45,813 nt of DNA, from the NCBI GenBank assembly GCA_963815115.1, contig CAWFFN010000002.1, forward strand, positions 1 to 45,813, in the 5' to 3' direction. A program made the translations under genes and the position numbers. The first letter of the stretch is position 1; each line of letters begins with the position of its first letter. Of this stretch, positions 18,999 through 27,973 are shown one piece after another. Origin of the DNA: an uncultured delta proteobacterium. Lineage in GTDB: Bacteria; Desulfobacterota; Binatia; DP-6. The notes under the pieces were generated by a model, which saw only the letters and a list, made by a program, of their open reading frames with translations, was not told where the DNA came from and ran no database searches.

Positions 18999-19910
18999 AT
19001 CAGCGCCCCTGACTTGAACCTGCTGCGGGCGCTCGACGTGCTGCTCGAGGAGCGCAGCACGACGCGAGCCGCCGATCGCTTGGGCTTGACGCAGTCGGCG
19101 GTCAGCCGTCTCCTCGGACGTCTCCGCACGACCCTCGGCGATCCCCTCTTCGTGCGCACGAGCCGGGGGCTGACGCCGACCGAGCGCGCCCTCGCGCTCA
19201 CCGGGCCCCTGCGGCAGACGATGATGGAGCTAGAGCGGTTCCTGTTGGAGCGCCCCGGGTTCGATCCGCGCCATGCGCGCCGCCGCTTTCGGATCGCCGC
19301 CATCGACTACGCGCAGGTCGTCCTGCTGGCCCCCGTCCTCGCCGGGGCCGCTGCGGCCGCCCCGGCGCTCGACTTCGAGGTGCGTCAGCCCTCGGCGCAG
19401 AGCCGGCGCGACCTCGAGTCCGGTGCGCTCGATCTCCTGCTGATGCCGCAGGAGGCCTCCGGTCCCGGCATCGTGTGGACCGCCCTCCATGACGACGGCT
19501 ACGCCTGCGTGGTGTGGAAGAAGCACACCTGTCGGCGTCTGACGCCCGCACGCTTCGCAGGCCTGGAGCATGTCCTGGTGGCGCCGGGCGAACGTGCCGG
19601 CGGCATCGTGGACACGATCCTGGCGGACCGGCAGCTCGCCCGCCGGGTGGCGGTCCAGGTGCCGACCTTCCTCATCGTCCCCTACCTGCTCATCGGCACG
19701 GAGCGCATCGCGACCGTTCCGACGCGCATTGCCCGCGAGCTCGTGCGCGCGCATCCGCTCAGGATCCTCACGCCACCAGCCGACATCCCCCGCTTCACGA
19801 TGTGCCAGGCCTGGCATGAGCTCCATCGTCACGACCCCGCCCACCGCTGGCTCAGGGACGCAATCCTCCGGGCGGCGAAGGCGGCGCCTCGGCCGCGTCC
19901 GAGTCCGTAA
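18984..19910 (+). CDS. LysR family transcriptional regulator (NodD/LeuO-like)
   Basis: DLNLLRALDVLLEERSTTRAADRLGLTQSAVSRLLGRLR...DPLFVR; C-terminal WHELHRHDPAHRWLR. Confidence 0.95.
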   Translation: MRQRNISAPDLNLLRALDVLLEERSTTRAADRLGLTQSAVSRLLGRLRTTLGDPLFVRTSRGLTPTERALALTGPLRQTMMELERFLLERPGFDPRHARRRFRIAAIDYAQVVLLAPVLAGAAAAAPALDFEVRQPSAQSRRDLESGALDLLLMPQEASGPGIVWTALHDDGYACVVWKKHTCRRLTPARFAGLEHVLVAPGERAGGIVDTILADRQLARRVAVQVPTFLIVPYLLIGTERIATVPTRIARELVRAHPLRILTPPADIPRFTMCQAWHELHRHDPAHRWLRDAILRAAKAAPRPRPSP

Positions 19911-19979
19911 CCTCTGACCCGTCCTCGCGGCTTGACAGACCGGGAGCGCACTGGTTCAAGGCCAGCGCGGTCAGCCCCG

Positions 19980-21920
19980 ATGGACGAGAGCTCTCCCTGG
20001 CGGAGTCTTCTCGGACTCGCCGCGCCTTACCGCGGTCGACTGGTTCTCGTCGCCGCCCTGGCACTGCTCGGGACCGCCGCCGAGCTCGCCCAGCCACTGA
20101 TCTATCGGACGGCGGTGAACGACGTCGCCGGCGTGTTCGTCGAGCGGGCCGCACGCAGGGCCGCGGGCGGCGTGTCGACGGTCGGCCCGGGACGCGAGGA
20201 CGTCCATCGCGCCCCGCGCGGCAAGCCCCCCGCGGCGTACCACGCGCGCCACCGCCACCCCAAGCCCCATCGCCGAGGCCACGTCGCGCCGCGGACCCCG
20301 ACGCAGATGTTCCGGACGCTGCTCTGGGCCGTGGCGCTGCTCTTCCTCACCACCGTCACCTCTCACCTGCTCGCCATCACCGCCGACAACGTGACGGCGA
20401 CCGTCGCGAGCCGCATCGAGGAAGACCTCATCAACGCGACCTTCGGGCACGTGCTCCGTCTCCCGATCGGCTTCTTCGGCCGGCGCGCGAGCGGCGCGCT
20501 CGCCAAGCGCATCGACCAGTCGGACCAGGTGGCGCCCATCGTCACCGCGTTTGCGCAGGAGATCGCGCCCGAGGCGCTTCGCATCGTCGGCGTGGTCGGC
20601 ATCATGCTGACCCAGAGCGTGCCGCTGACGGCGATCGCCGTGGCGACTCTGCCCGCCTATCTCCTCGTCGCGCGGCGATCGGTGCGCGTCCTCGAGACGA
20701 CGCTGCCGCAGTTCTACGGTCTCTGGGAGGAGGTGTCGGCGCGCATCCAGGACGCGGTCGGGGCGGTGAAGACCGTCAAGCTCAGTGGTGCCGAGCGGCG
20801 CGAGGCGGAGCGGCTCGGGGCCGCGACCCGCGACGCCTACGCGAACTACCTGCGGCGGAACCGCCTCGAGAACCGCTACTTGTTCTGGCAGGCGACGCTC
20901 GCCGCCCTCGGCAAGGCGGCGGTGCTCGGCTACGGCGGGTGGCGCGTACTGTCCCATCAGCTCACCCCCGGCGACGTCGTCATGTTCGTCGCCTACCTGG
21001 ACATCCTCTACGATCCCATCGACTCGCTCGCGAGCCTCGCGAACACGCTCCAGCAGCACGGGGCGTCGCTCCAGCGCGCGCTGCGTCTGCTGCGAACCGG
21101 CGGCGTCGAGACCGGCGACGTGTCGCTGGCACCCGGGCCGGGCCGCGTCGAGCTGCGCGACGTGCACTTCGGCTATGCGCGCGACCGGGAGGTGCTGCGC
21201 GGCGTCAGCTTCACCCTCGAGCCGGGCACGGTGACCGCGCTCGTCGGCCCGTCGGGCGCGGGCAAGACGACGCTGGTGGACCTGCTCCTCAAGCTCTGGG
21301 AGCCGAGCGGCGGAGAGATACTGGTCGACGGACAGCGGCTCCGCGAGTGCGACCCCTCGAGCGTGCGGCGCACCATCAGCGTCGTCGCAGCGGACGCGGC
21401 GGTCTTCCGCGGCTCGCTGGCCGACAACATCCGCTACCAGCGGTCGGACGCGACCGAAGCGGAGGTCAGGGAGGCGGCGCTCGCAGCCGGCCTCGGTCGC
21501 ACGCTCGAGCGGCTGCCGGATGGCCTCGCGACGGAGGTGGGCGAGCGCGGCGTCGGACTCTCGGTGGGCGAGCGCCAGCGGCTGCAGCTCGCACGCGCAT
21601 TGTGTGCGCGGCCCCGCATCCTGGTGCTCGACGAGGCGACGGCGAACCTCGATTACGCCACCGAGGCGGAGGTGCGGTCGGCGCTCGCCGCCACGCGCGT
21701 CGGACGCACGTCGCTGGTCGTGGCGCACCGCTACTCGATGGTGCGGGACGCCGACCGCGTCCTCGTGCTGAGCGACGGCCGCATCGTGGAGGCGGGCATG
21801 CCGGCGGCGCTCATCGCCGCCGGCGGCTGGTTCGCGCGCTTCGCCGCGAGCAGCACCCCGGACGGAGACAAGGACCCCGCCGGGAGCGGGGCGAAGGCCG
21901 AGCGGGGGGTGCCGGCCTAG
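19980..21920 (+). CDS. ABC exporter, fused TMD-NBD
   Basis: TM region, then GPSGAGKT, LSVGERQRL, ILVLDEATANLD and VAHR. Confidence 0.92.
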   Translation: MDESSPWRSLLGLAAPYRGRLVLVAALALLGTAAELAQPLIYRTAVNDVAGVFVERAARRAAGGVSTVGPGREDVHRAPRGKPPAAYHARHRHPKPHRRGHVAPRTPTQMFRTLLWAVALLFLTTVTSHLLAITADNVTATVASRIEEDLINATFGHVLRLPIGFFGRRASGALAKRIDQSDQVAPIVTAFAQEIAPEALRIVGVVGIMLTQSVPLTAIAVATLPAYLLVARRSVRVLETTLPQFYGLWEEVSARIQDAVGAVKTVKLSGAERREAERLGAATRDAYANYLRRNRLENRYLFWQATLAALGKAAVLGYGGWRVLSHQLTPGDVVMFVAYLDILYDPIDSLASLANTLQQHGASLQRALRLLRTGGVETGDVSLAPGPGRVELRDVHFGYARDREVLRGVSFTLEPGTVTALVGPSGAGKTTLVDLLLKLWEPSGGEILVDGQRLRECDPSSVRRTISVVAADAAVFRGSLADNIRYQRSDATEAEVREAALAAGLGRTLERLPDGLATEVGERGVGLSVGERQRLQLARALCARPRILVLDEATANLDYATEAEVRSALAATRVGRTSLVVAHRYSMVRDADRVLVLSDGRIVEAGMPAALIAAGGWFARFAASSTPDGDKDPAGSGAKAERGVPA

Positions 21921-22025
21921 AGCGGAGCGGCTCCTCGCCGCAGGGACGGAAAGCGGGCCTTTGCACCCGGGGGCCCCGTCTGATTGGATGCGCCCCCACC
22001 CGTGCGGAAGCGTTGTCGATTCACC

Positions 22026-22634
22026 ATGGCGATTGCCGGCGCCATGGCCCTTGCCGTGCCTCGTGCCGAGGCCGTCTCGCTGAGCGTGAGCGCACCGGTG
22101 CAGGGCACCGCCGGGTGGATGCGGGCTGCCGGACGCTACGACAGCGGGGAGGCGGAGCCGACGTTCCAGGTGGTGGAACGCTGCGGGCCCGGGTCGAGCG
22201 ACGTGCACGTCCTCCACAGCATCCACGTCGCCGCCGGAGGGGGCGCGCTCTGGTTCGACATGCCGGACCCCCCGGACCGTGCCGGATCGGCCGATGTCGC
22301 ATGCGAGGCGCTCCAGCTGTCGCTCGACATGATCGTCGACACGAAGGTCGTGGCGACGAGCGCGATCCCGCGACGTCAAGATGGAGCGACGGGCACGCCC
22401 ACCGCCGGGCCTGCGCCCTCTGCCGTCCCGCTCCCCGAGCCGAAGAGCCGGTTCCACCTGAACGGCCAGAAGTATGCCAGCCCCATCGGCGGTGGGCGCA
22501 CGGAGGCGGGCGTGGGAATGTCGCTCGGCTCTCACATGAGCGTCCAGCTCAACTACGCTCGCACCGCGCAGGCGCCGATGATGGGATACGCCAACGACAA
22601 CGGCGTCCTCGCTCGCCTGCGCTTCGGGTTCTGA
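22026..22634 (+). CDS. Hypothetical exported protein with C-terminal amphipathic beta strands ending in Phe
   Basis: Signal-like MAIAGAMALAVPRAEA (start could be 21984), Pro-rich linker, C-terminus GVLARLRFGF. Confidence 0.55.
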   Translation: MAIAGAMALAVPRAEAVSLSVSAPVQGTAGWMRAAGRYDSGEAEPTFQVVERCGPGSSDVHVLHSIHVAAGGGALWFDMPDPPDRAGSADVACEALQLSLDMIVDTKVVATSAIPRRQDGATGTPTAGPAPSAVPLPEPKSRFHLNGQKYASPIGGGRTEAGVGMSLGSHMSVQLNYARTAQAPMMGYANDNGVLARLRFGF

Positions 22635-22683
22635 AGAAGGGGCGACCCTTGCACCGCCGCGGCGGTCCGGCGTACTTGGCCAC

Positions 22684-23649
22684 ATGCCGGCACTGCCCCA
22701 GCGGACTCGCGTCTATCGGTGCCATCACCTCGACTCGACGCGCTGGGATGACGTCGTTCCCCGTCCCGACGACATCGTCATCACGACCTCGCTGAAGGCG
22801 GGGACGACGTGGACCCAGCGGATCGTGAGCCTGCTCGTCTTCCAGACGGTCGAGCTCCCGAAGACGCTGCACTGGGTGTCGCCCTGGCCGGACGCGCGCT
22901 TCGTCATTCCGAGGGCCGAGATGGCACAGGTCGTCGAGGCCGTGTCTCATCGGCGCTTCCTGAAGAGCCACCTCGCCCTGGACGGCCTGCCGTACCGGGC
23001 GAGCACGAGGTACATCTACGTCGGGCGCGATACGCGCGACGTCTTCATGTCGACCTGGAACCACGTCCGGGCCTACACCCCGTTTGCACGAGAGCTCCTG
23101 AACTCCGGGGAGAACGCGCCGTCAGCACCCTTCCTCGAGCCGCCCGATGACATCCGGGAGTTCTGGCGTCTCTGGATCACCCGCGGGACGTACCCATGGG
23201 AGAGCGACGGATTCCCCTACTGGTCGCACCACCATCACGCGCGCTCCTACTGGGACTTCCGGCACCTCCCGAACCTGCTCTTCGTCCACTACAACGACCT
23301 GAAGGCGGACCTGGAGGGCGAGATGCGGCGCATCGCGCGCTTTCTCGACATCGAGGTCCCCGAGCCGAAGTGGCCGATGCTCGCCGAGGCCGCGACGTTC
23401 ACGGCGATGAAGCGCGACGCCGGTCTGCTGGGAGACGAGATGGGCATCATCTTCGAGGGGGGCGCAGAGCGCTTCCTGTACAAGGGAACGAACGATCGCT
23501 GGCGCGACGTCCTGACGAGCGATGACCTGGCGCTCTACGAAGCCGCCGCGGCGCGCACGCTGACGCCCGAGTTGAAGCGATGGCTCGAGCGCGGCGCCGC
23601 GTCCGGTGTCGACCCGAAGGTGATGGAGTCGCTTGCGGGGCCAGCCTGA
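22684..23649 (+). CDS. PAPS-dependent sulfotransferase
   Basis: RPDDIVITTSLKAGTTW (5'-PSB), FLKSHL, IYVGRDTRDVFMS (3'-PB), FLYKGTNDRW. Confidence 0.93.
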   Translation: MPALPQRTRVYRCHHLDSTRWDDVVPRPDDIVITTSLKAGTTWTQRIVSLLVFQTVELPKTLHWVSPWPDARFVIPRAEMAQVVEAVSHRRFLKSHLALDGLPYRASTRYIYVGRDTRDVFMSTWNHVRAYTPFARELLNSGENAPSAPFLEPPDDIREFWRLWITRGTYPWESDGFPYWSHHHHARSYWDFRHLPNLLFVHYNDLKADLEGEMRRIARFLDIEVPEPKWPMLAEAATFTAMKRDAGLLGDEMGIIFEGGAERFLYKGTNDRWRDVLTSDDLALYEAAAARTLTPELKRWLERGAASGVDPKVMESLAGPA

Positions 23650-23712
23650 GCCGCGCTACGCGCCACGACGACAAGGACTCTGGATCCCTCATTCGGGGAA
23701 AGGTCGGGCAAG

Positions 23713-24078
23713 GTGACGGTCCACGCGATACAGCACGTGCAGCTCGCAATGCCTGCCGGTCGCGAGGGCGACGCGCGCGCGTTTTACGGCGAAGTGCTCG
23801 GCCTGCGCGAGGTCCCGAAGCCTCCGGACCTCGCGAAACGCGGCGGCGCGTGGTTCGAACGTGGAGACGTGCGTGTGCACCTCGGGGTCGAGAAGGACTT
23901 CCGCCCCGCGCGCAAGGCACACATCGGCTTCCTCGTGGACGACATCGCGATCATCATCGCCGAGTGCCGGCGCCGCGGGCTCGAGATCGTCGACGACGAG
24001 CCCCTCGACGGGTTCGAGCGAATCTACGTCTACGACCCGTTCGGCAACCGGCTCGAGTTGATGCAGCCGACGAGCTGA
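23713..24078 (+). CDS. VOC/glyoxalase family protein
   Basis: HVQLAMP...ARAFYGEVLGL, VHLGVE, KAHIGFLV, DPFGNRLEL. Confidence 0.9.
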   Translation: MTVHAIQHVQLAMPAGREGDARAFYGEVLGLREVPKPPDLAKRGGAWFERGDVRVHLGVEKDFRPARKAHIGFLVDDIAIIIAECRRRGLEIVDDEPLDGFERIYVYDPFGNRLELMQPTS

Positions 24079-24277
24079 GGGCTGTGGCGAGGAGAGCCCG
24101 GGGATCGACTTCGGCATCGACGCCGACTGCCCGGTGACCGACCAGCGTGGGATCGCTCGTGTGGACGTCCCCGGGGTCGGCACTCACCTCTGCGACAGCG
24201 GCGGTTTCGAGTTCGTCCCGGCACCCTAGCGCGGGACCGTGTTGAACCCGCGTCCCGACCGACGCATAGACGTCTTC

Positions 24278-24721
24278 ATGGTGAAGCACTTCGACCACGT
24301 CACGATCGTCGTGAAGGATCTCGACCACGCCAGTCGATTCTTCGCGCTGCTCGGTTTCGAGCAGGACCAATCGGTGGTGATCTCTGGCCCCCGGTTCTCG
24401 CGCTACATGCTGATCGATGGCATCGAGGCCGAGCACTGCACGCTGGCCCTGCCAAATTCGACGCCGCGGCTGGAGGTGCAGCTCCTGCGCTTCCGCCACC
24501 CGGACCCGATGGCAAACGCCGACATCACCACCCTCCGACAGCTCGGCTTCAACCACGTCTGCTTCGCCGTGGACGATATCGAGGCGGAGGTGAGCCGGCT
24601 ACGGGCCAACGGGATACTCACTCGGAACGACGTGATGGACTTCCACGATCGCAAGCTGGTCTTCCTCGCAGGACCCGAGGGCATCACGGTCGAGCTGGCA
24701 CAGTGGCATTCCGGGCACTGA
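24278..24721 (+). CDS. VOC family protein
   Basis: FDHVTIVVKDL, GFNHVCFAVDDIE, GPEGITVELAQ. Confidence 0.9.
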   Translation: MVKHFDHVTIVVKDLDHASRFFALLGFEQDQSVVISGPRFSRYMLIDGIEAEHCTLALPNSTPRLEVQLLRFRHPDPMANADITTLRQLGFNHVCFAVDDIEAEVSRLRANGILTRNDVMDFHDRKLVFLAGPEGITVELAQWHSGH

Positions 24722-24746
24722 TTTCCGGGCTCACGAGGAGCTCGCC

Positions 24747-27134
24747 CTACTCGGCCATCACGCCGCGGCCGCGGACTTCCTCGAACTCGCGCTTCTCCTC
24801 GGACGTGAGCGACTCGTCGCCGATGCGAACGGCAACCTTGCCGATCCTGCCGGTGAAGCGGAACGGCACACGATAGTCCTCGCTGACGGGCGTGCCGGTG
24901 TCCTCGCCGCAGTCGAGGGTCTCGTCGAGCGACATCCGGAAGGCCAGCGTGCGCGCCAGCTTGACGTCGCCGGCCGGCTTGCCGTCGACCAGCAAGGTGG
25001 CCGTGCCCCCCTTGCCGAGGCCGGGGCCGTCATACTCGAAGTCCATCTCGACGTTGTGCTTGCCGGGTGTGAGCGCGTCCTTGCCGGTGGCGCAGTACCG
25101 CTCCACGGCGGCGAGGTTGTAGCAGAACACGGGCTTGCCCCCGAGGACGTAGAACCCCCAGCCGCCGAAGCGTCCCCCCTGGGTGAGCAGCATGCCTTCC
25201 GCTCCGCCTTCGGGGACCTCGACGCCGGCGGCGATGTGGAACGACTTGTTCTTGACGTCGGGCGCAGCGCCTTCGGGGATGCGCACCGCGCCGGGGTAGT
25301 AGGTGAACACGTTGCGACCGCGCGTGAGGCTCGGGCGATTCGCCGTGTCGAGCCGCTCGACCTTGGAGTTGTCGAGCGGTAGCACGTTGTGCCGCGCCGC
25401 TTCCGCCAGGAAGAGGTCCTGCAGTTGGCGGAGCCTCGCGGGCTCCTTCGCGGCGAGGTCGTCGGCTTCGCTGAAGTCCTCGGCGACGTCGTAGAGCTCC
25501 CACTTGTAGTCGAGGACGCCGACGTCGCCGGCGAGGGAGGCCCACGGTGGCGTGGGCGGCGTGGTCGCGGCGACCCAGCCGTCGTTGTAGATGGCGCGGT
25601 TGCCGAGCATCTCGAAGTACTGCGTGCGATGCCGCGACGGCGCCTTCGCGTCGGCAAACGTGTAGGCCATGCTCACGCCCTCGATCGGCGCCTGCGGGAC
25701 GCCGTTCAGCACCGACGGCGACTCGACGCCGACGGCTTCGAGGATCGTCGGATAGAGATCGATCACGTGATGGAACTGCGTGCGGATACCACCCTTGTCC
25801 TTGATCCGGGCGGGCCACGAGATCACCATGCCGTTGCGCGTGCCGCCGAAATGCGATGCGACCTGCTTGGTCCACTGGAACGGCGTGTCCATCGCGTGCG
25901 CCCAGCCGATCGGATAGTGGTTGAAGGTGTTCGGGCCGCCGAGCTCGTCCATGCGGCGCAGCACCTCGGCGAAGTCCTCCCGGATGTTGTTGAAGAACGT
26001 CATCTCGTTCAGCAGGCCGTTCTCCCCACCCTCGGCGCTCGCGCCGTTGTCGCCCTGGATGTAGATCACGAGCGTGTTGTCGAGCTCGCCCAGCTCGTCG
26101 ATCGCGTCGAGCAGGCGGCCCATCTGGTCGTCGGCGTGCGACAACGCGGCGGCGTAGACCTCCATCATGTGGGCGGCGACCTTCTTGTGGTCGGCGTCGA
26201 GCGAATCCCACGCGGGAATACCGGCAGAGCGCTCGGTGAGCTTCGTCCTGGCCGGCACGACGCCGAGCTGCTTCTGTCGCGCGAGGGTCTCCTCGCGGAC
26301 CGTGTCCCATCCCTGGTCGAACTTGCCCTTGAACTTGGCGATCCACTCCTTCGGCGCGTGGTGCGGCGCGTGCGCCGTGCCGGTCGCGTAGTAGACGAGC
26401 CACGGCTTCTGCGGCGCGACCGAGTGCAGCATCCGGATGCGGTCGATGGCGTGGTCCGCCATGTCGTCGTCGAAGAAGTAGTCCTTGACGTCGTGCGGCG
26501 GCTCGATCGGCTTGATGTTCTCGACGAGCGCCGGACTCCATTGGTTGGTGTCGCCTCCGATGAATCCGTAGAAGTATTCGAAGCCGAGCCCCGTCGGCCA
26601 CAGGCCGAACGGGCCGGCCTGGCTCCCGTGCCAGTCGGGCACGTTGTGGTTCTTGCCGTACCAGGCCGTGTTGTAGCCGTTCTGCTTCAGCACCTCGGCG
26701 AAGGTGCCGTCGCTCTTCGGCATCAGCGTGTTGTAACCGGGGAAGCCCGTACCGGCCTCCATGATCACGCCGGTGGCGACCGAGTGGTGATTGCGTCCGG
26801 AGAGCAGCGCCGCGCGGGTCGGCGAGCACAGCGCCGTCGTGTGGAACTCCGTGTAGCGCAGACCCGCCTTCGCCAGGCGATCCATCGTCGGCGTCGGAAT
26901 CGGTCCGCCGAAGGTGCTCGACGCCCCGAAGCCGACATCGTCGGTGAGGATCACCAGGATGTTGGGGGCGCCCTTCGGCGCTTCGACCTCCTTCGGGAAG
27001 TCCTTCACGGAGTCCTGCGTCGTGATGCCAATGCGGCCCGCGAAGGGTTGCTCGGGTCGCGGCAGCACGTCCTGTGCGTGCGCCGCGAAGGCAAGCGTTG
27101 CCGACAGACCGAACGCGATGAGTGCTGGTCGCAT
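24747..27134 (-). CDS. Secreted arylsulfatase (Cys-type)
   Basis: ATG 27134 plus signal peptide; PNILVILTDDVGFG, ALCSPTRAALLSGR (CxPxR), YGKNH, GDNGASAEG. Confidence 0.95.
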   Translation of the reverse strand: MRPALIAFGLSATLAFAAHAQDVLPRPEQPFAGRIGITTQDSVKDFPKEVEAPKGAPNILVILTDDVGFGASSTFGGPIPTPTMDRLAKAGLRYTEFHTTALCSPTRAALLSGRNHHSVATGVIMEAGTGFPGYNTLMPKSDGTFAEVLKQNGYNTAWYGKNHNVPDWHGSQAGPFGLWPTGLGFEYFYGFIGGDTNQWSPALVENIKPIEPPHDVKDYFFDDDMADHAIDRIRMLHSVAPQKPWLVYYATGTAHAPHHAPKEWIAKFKGKFDQGWDTVREETLARQKQLGVVPARTKLTERSAGIPAWDSLDADHKKVAAHMMEVYAAALSHADDQMGRLLDAIDELGELDNTLVIYIQGDNGASAEGGENGLLNEMTFFNNIREDFAEVLRRMDELGGPNTFNHYPIGWAHAMDTPFQWTKQVASHFGGTRNGMVISWPARIKDKGGIRTQFHHVIDLYPTILEAVGVESPSVLNGVPQAPIEGVSMAYTFADAKAPSRHRTQYFEMLGNRAIYNDGWVAATTPPTPPWASLAGDVGVLDYKWELYDVAEDFSEADDLAAKEPARLRQLQDLFLAEAARHNVLPLDNSKVERLDTANRPSLTRGRNVFTYYPGAVRIPEGAAPDVKNKSFHIAAGVEVPEGGAEGMLLTQGGRFGGWGFYVLGGKPVFCYNLAAVERYCATGKDALTPGKHNVEMDFEYDGPGLGKGGTATLLVDGKPAGDVKLARTLAFRMSLDETLDCGEDTGTPVSEDYRVPFRFTGRIGKVAVRIGDESLTSEEKREFEEVRGRGVMAE

Positions 27135-27430
27135 GTGTCCTTTCGTCACCCGAGCGGGGGCGTCCGGGTGTTGCTGGCAGCGGATGAGCGTAGCTGGCGG
27201 AATAGCGGGGATCCAGTGCCACGTCGATGTCCGTGTGGGAGGCGCCGTGACTCGCGGCGCCGGCACTTCGTGGCGGTGCGGGAGCCGTCGCGCGTCGCGC
27301 GAACGTGGGCCGGTAGGCAGACGAGCTGGGCCACCGCATCGATCCCGAGGCCCGTACTGGGACGCCAAGGCGCCGCATGGTACTCCGATGCGACCTGGAG
27401 CCGGCCAGTGCCGGGCGTGTCGCCCCTGTG

Positions 27431-27601
27431 TCACGGGCGCCACGGCCTCCGATCGACGCACGTCGCGCGTCTGCTCGACGGCACTCCTCGTTCGCCAGCA
27501 CGGCGGAAGCGCGGCCGCCGCATGAGCACCTCCTCGACCTCATCGGTCGAAACGGAGTGCTTGCGGGCAAGTTCCTCGGCGATGCTCGTGCCGCTCGCCA
27601 T
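27431..27601 (-). pseudogene. Remnant resembling the N-terminal half of a BrnT-type toxin
   Basis: IAEELARKHSVSTDEVEEVLMRRPRFRRA resembles the KH-x-V...E-V-EE-V motif of BrnT/DUF497 proteins; no C-terminal half or antitoxin is visible. Confidence 0.4.
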
Positions 27602-27657
27602 GGGCGACCACCCCGACCAGTGCCGCCCAGAACGAGGAGGGACGGTCGTCATCCAGC

Positions 27658-27846
27658 ATGCATATTTGGCTACCATTGTGCCGCATCGCCGCGCCGCTTA
27701 CCCTCACCTGCGGCGGCTGCTGTCTCCCCCTCGGAGCCGCAAGGAGGCAGTCGAGGTTCGAACGCGAAGTCGAACAAGGGCTCGACCTCTTCTTCTGGGT
27801 TTTGCTCGTTGCGCTGCTCGCCGCGATCGTGGAGCGCTACCGATGA
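27658..27846 (+). CDS. Possible small single-pass membrane protein
   Basis: C-terminal LDLFFWVLLVALLAAIVERYR is a clean TM helix; the start is uncertain. Confidence 0.25.
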   Translation: MHIWLPLCRIAAPLTLTCGGCCLPLGAARRQSRFEREVEQGLDLFFWVLLVALLAAIVERYR

Positions 27847-27973
27847 CGTCGAGTTGCCTCAGCCGCGATGGACGGGGCTCATCGGATGATCCAGCTCGCC
27901 AATTCCCTCGTTGGGGTGCTCTCGCCTTCGAGCGCCGCGGCGTGAGCGCAGAGGCATGGAGGAGGAGCCAGCC

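Noticed and set aside
16846-19000. Complete DGR
   Set aside because: No reverse transcriptase, Avd-like gene or AAC-rich template repeat was seen in the window; each repeat copy is a full gene.
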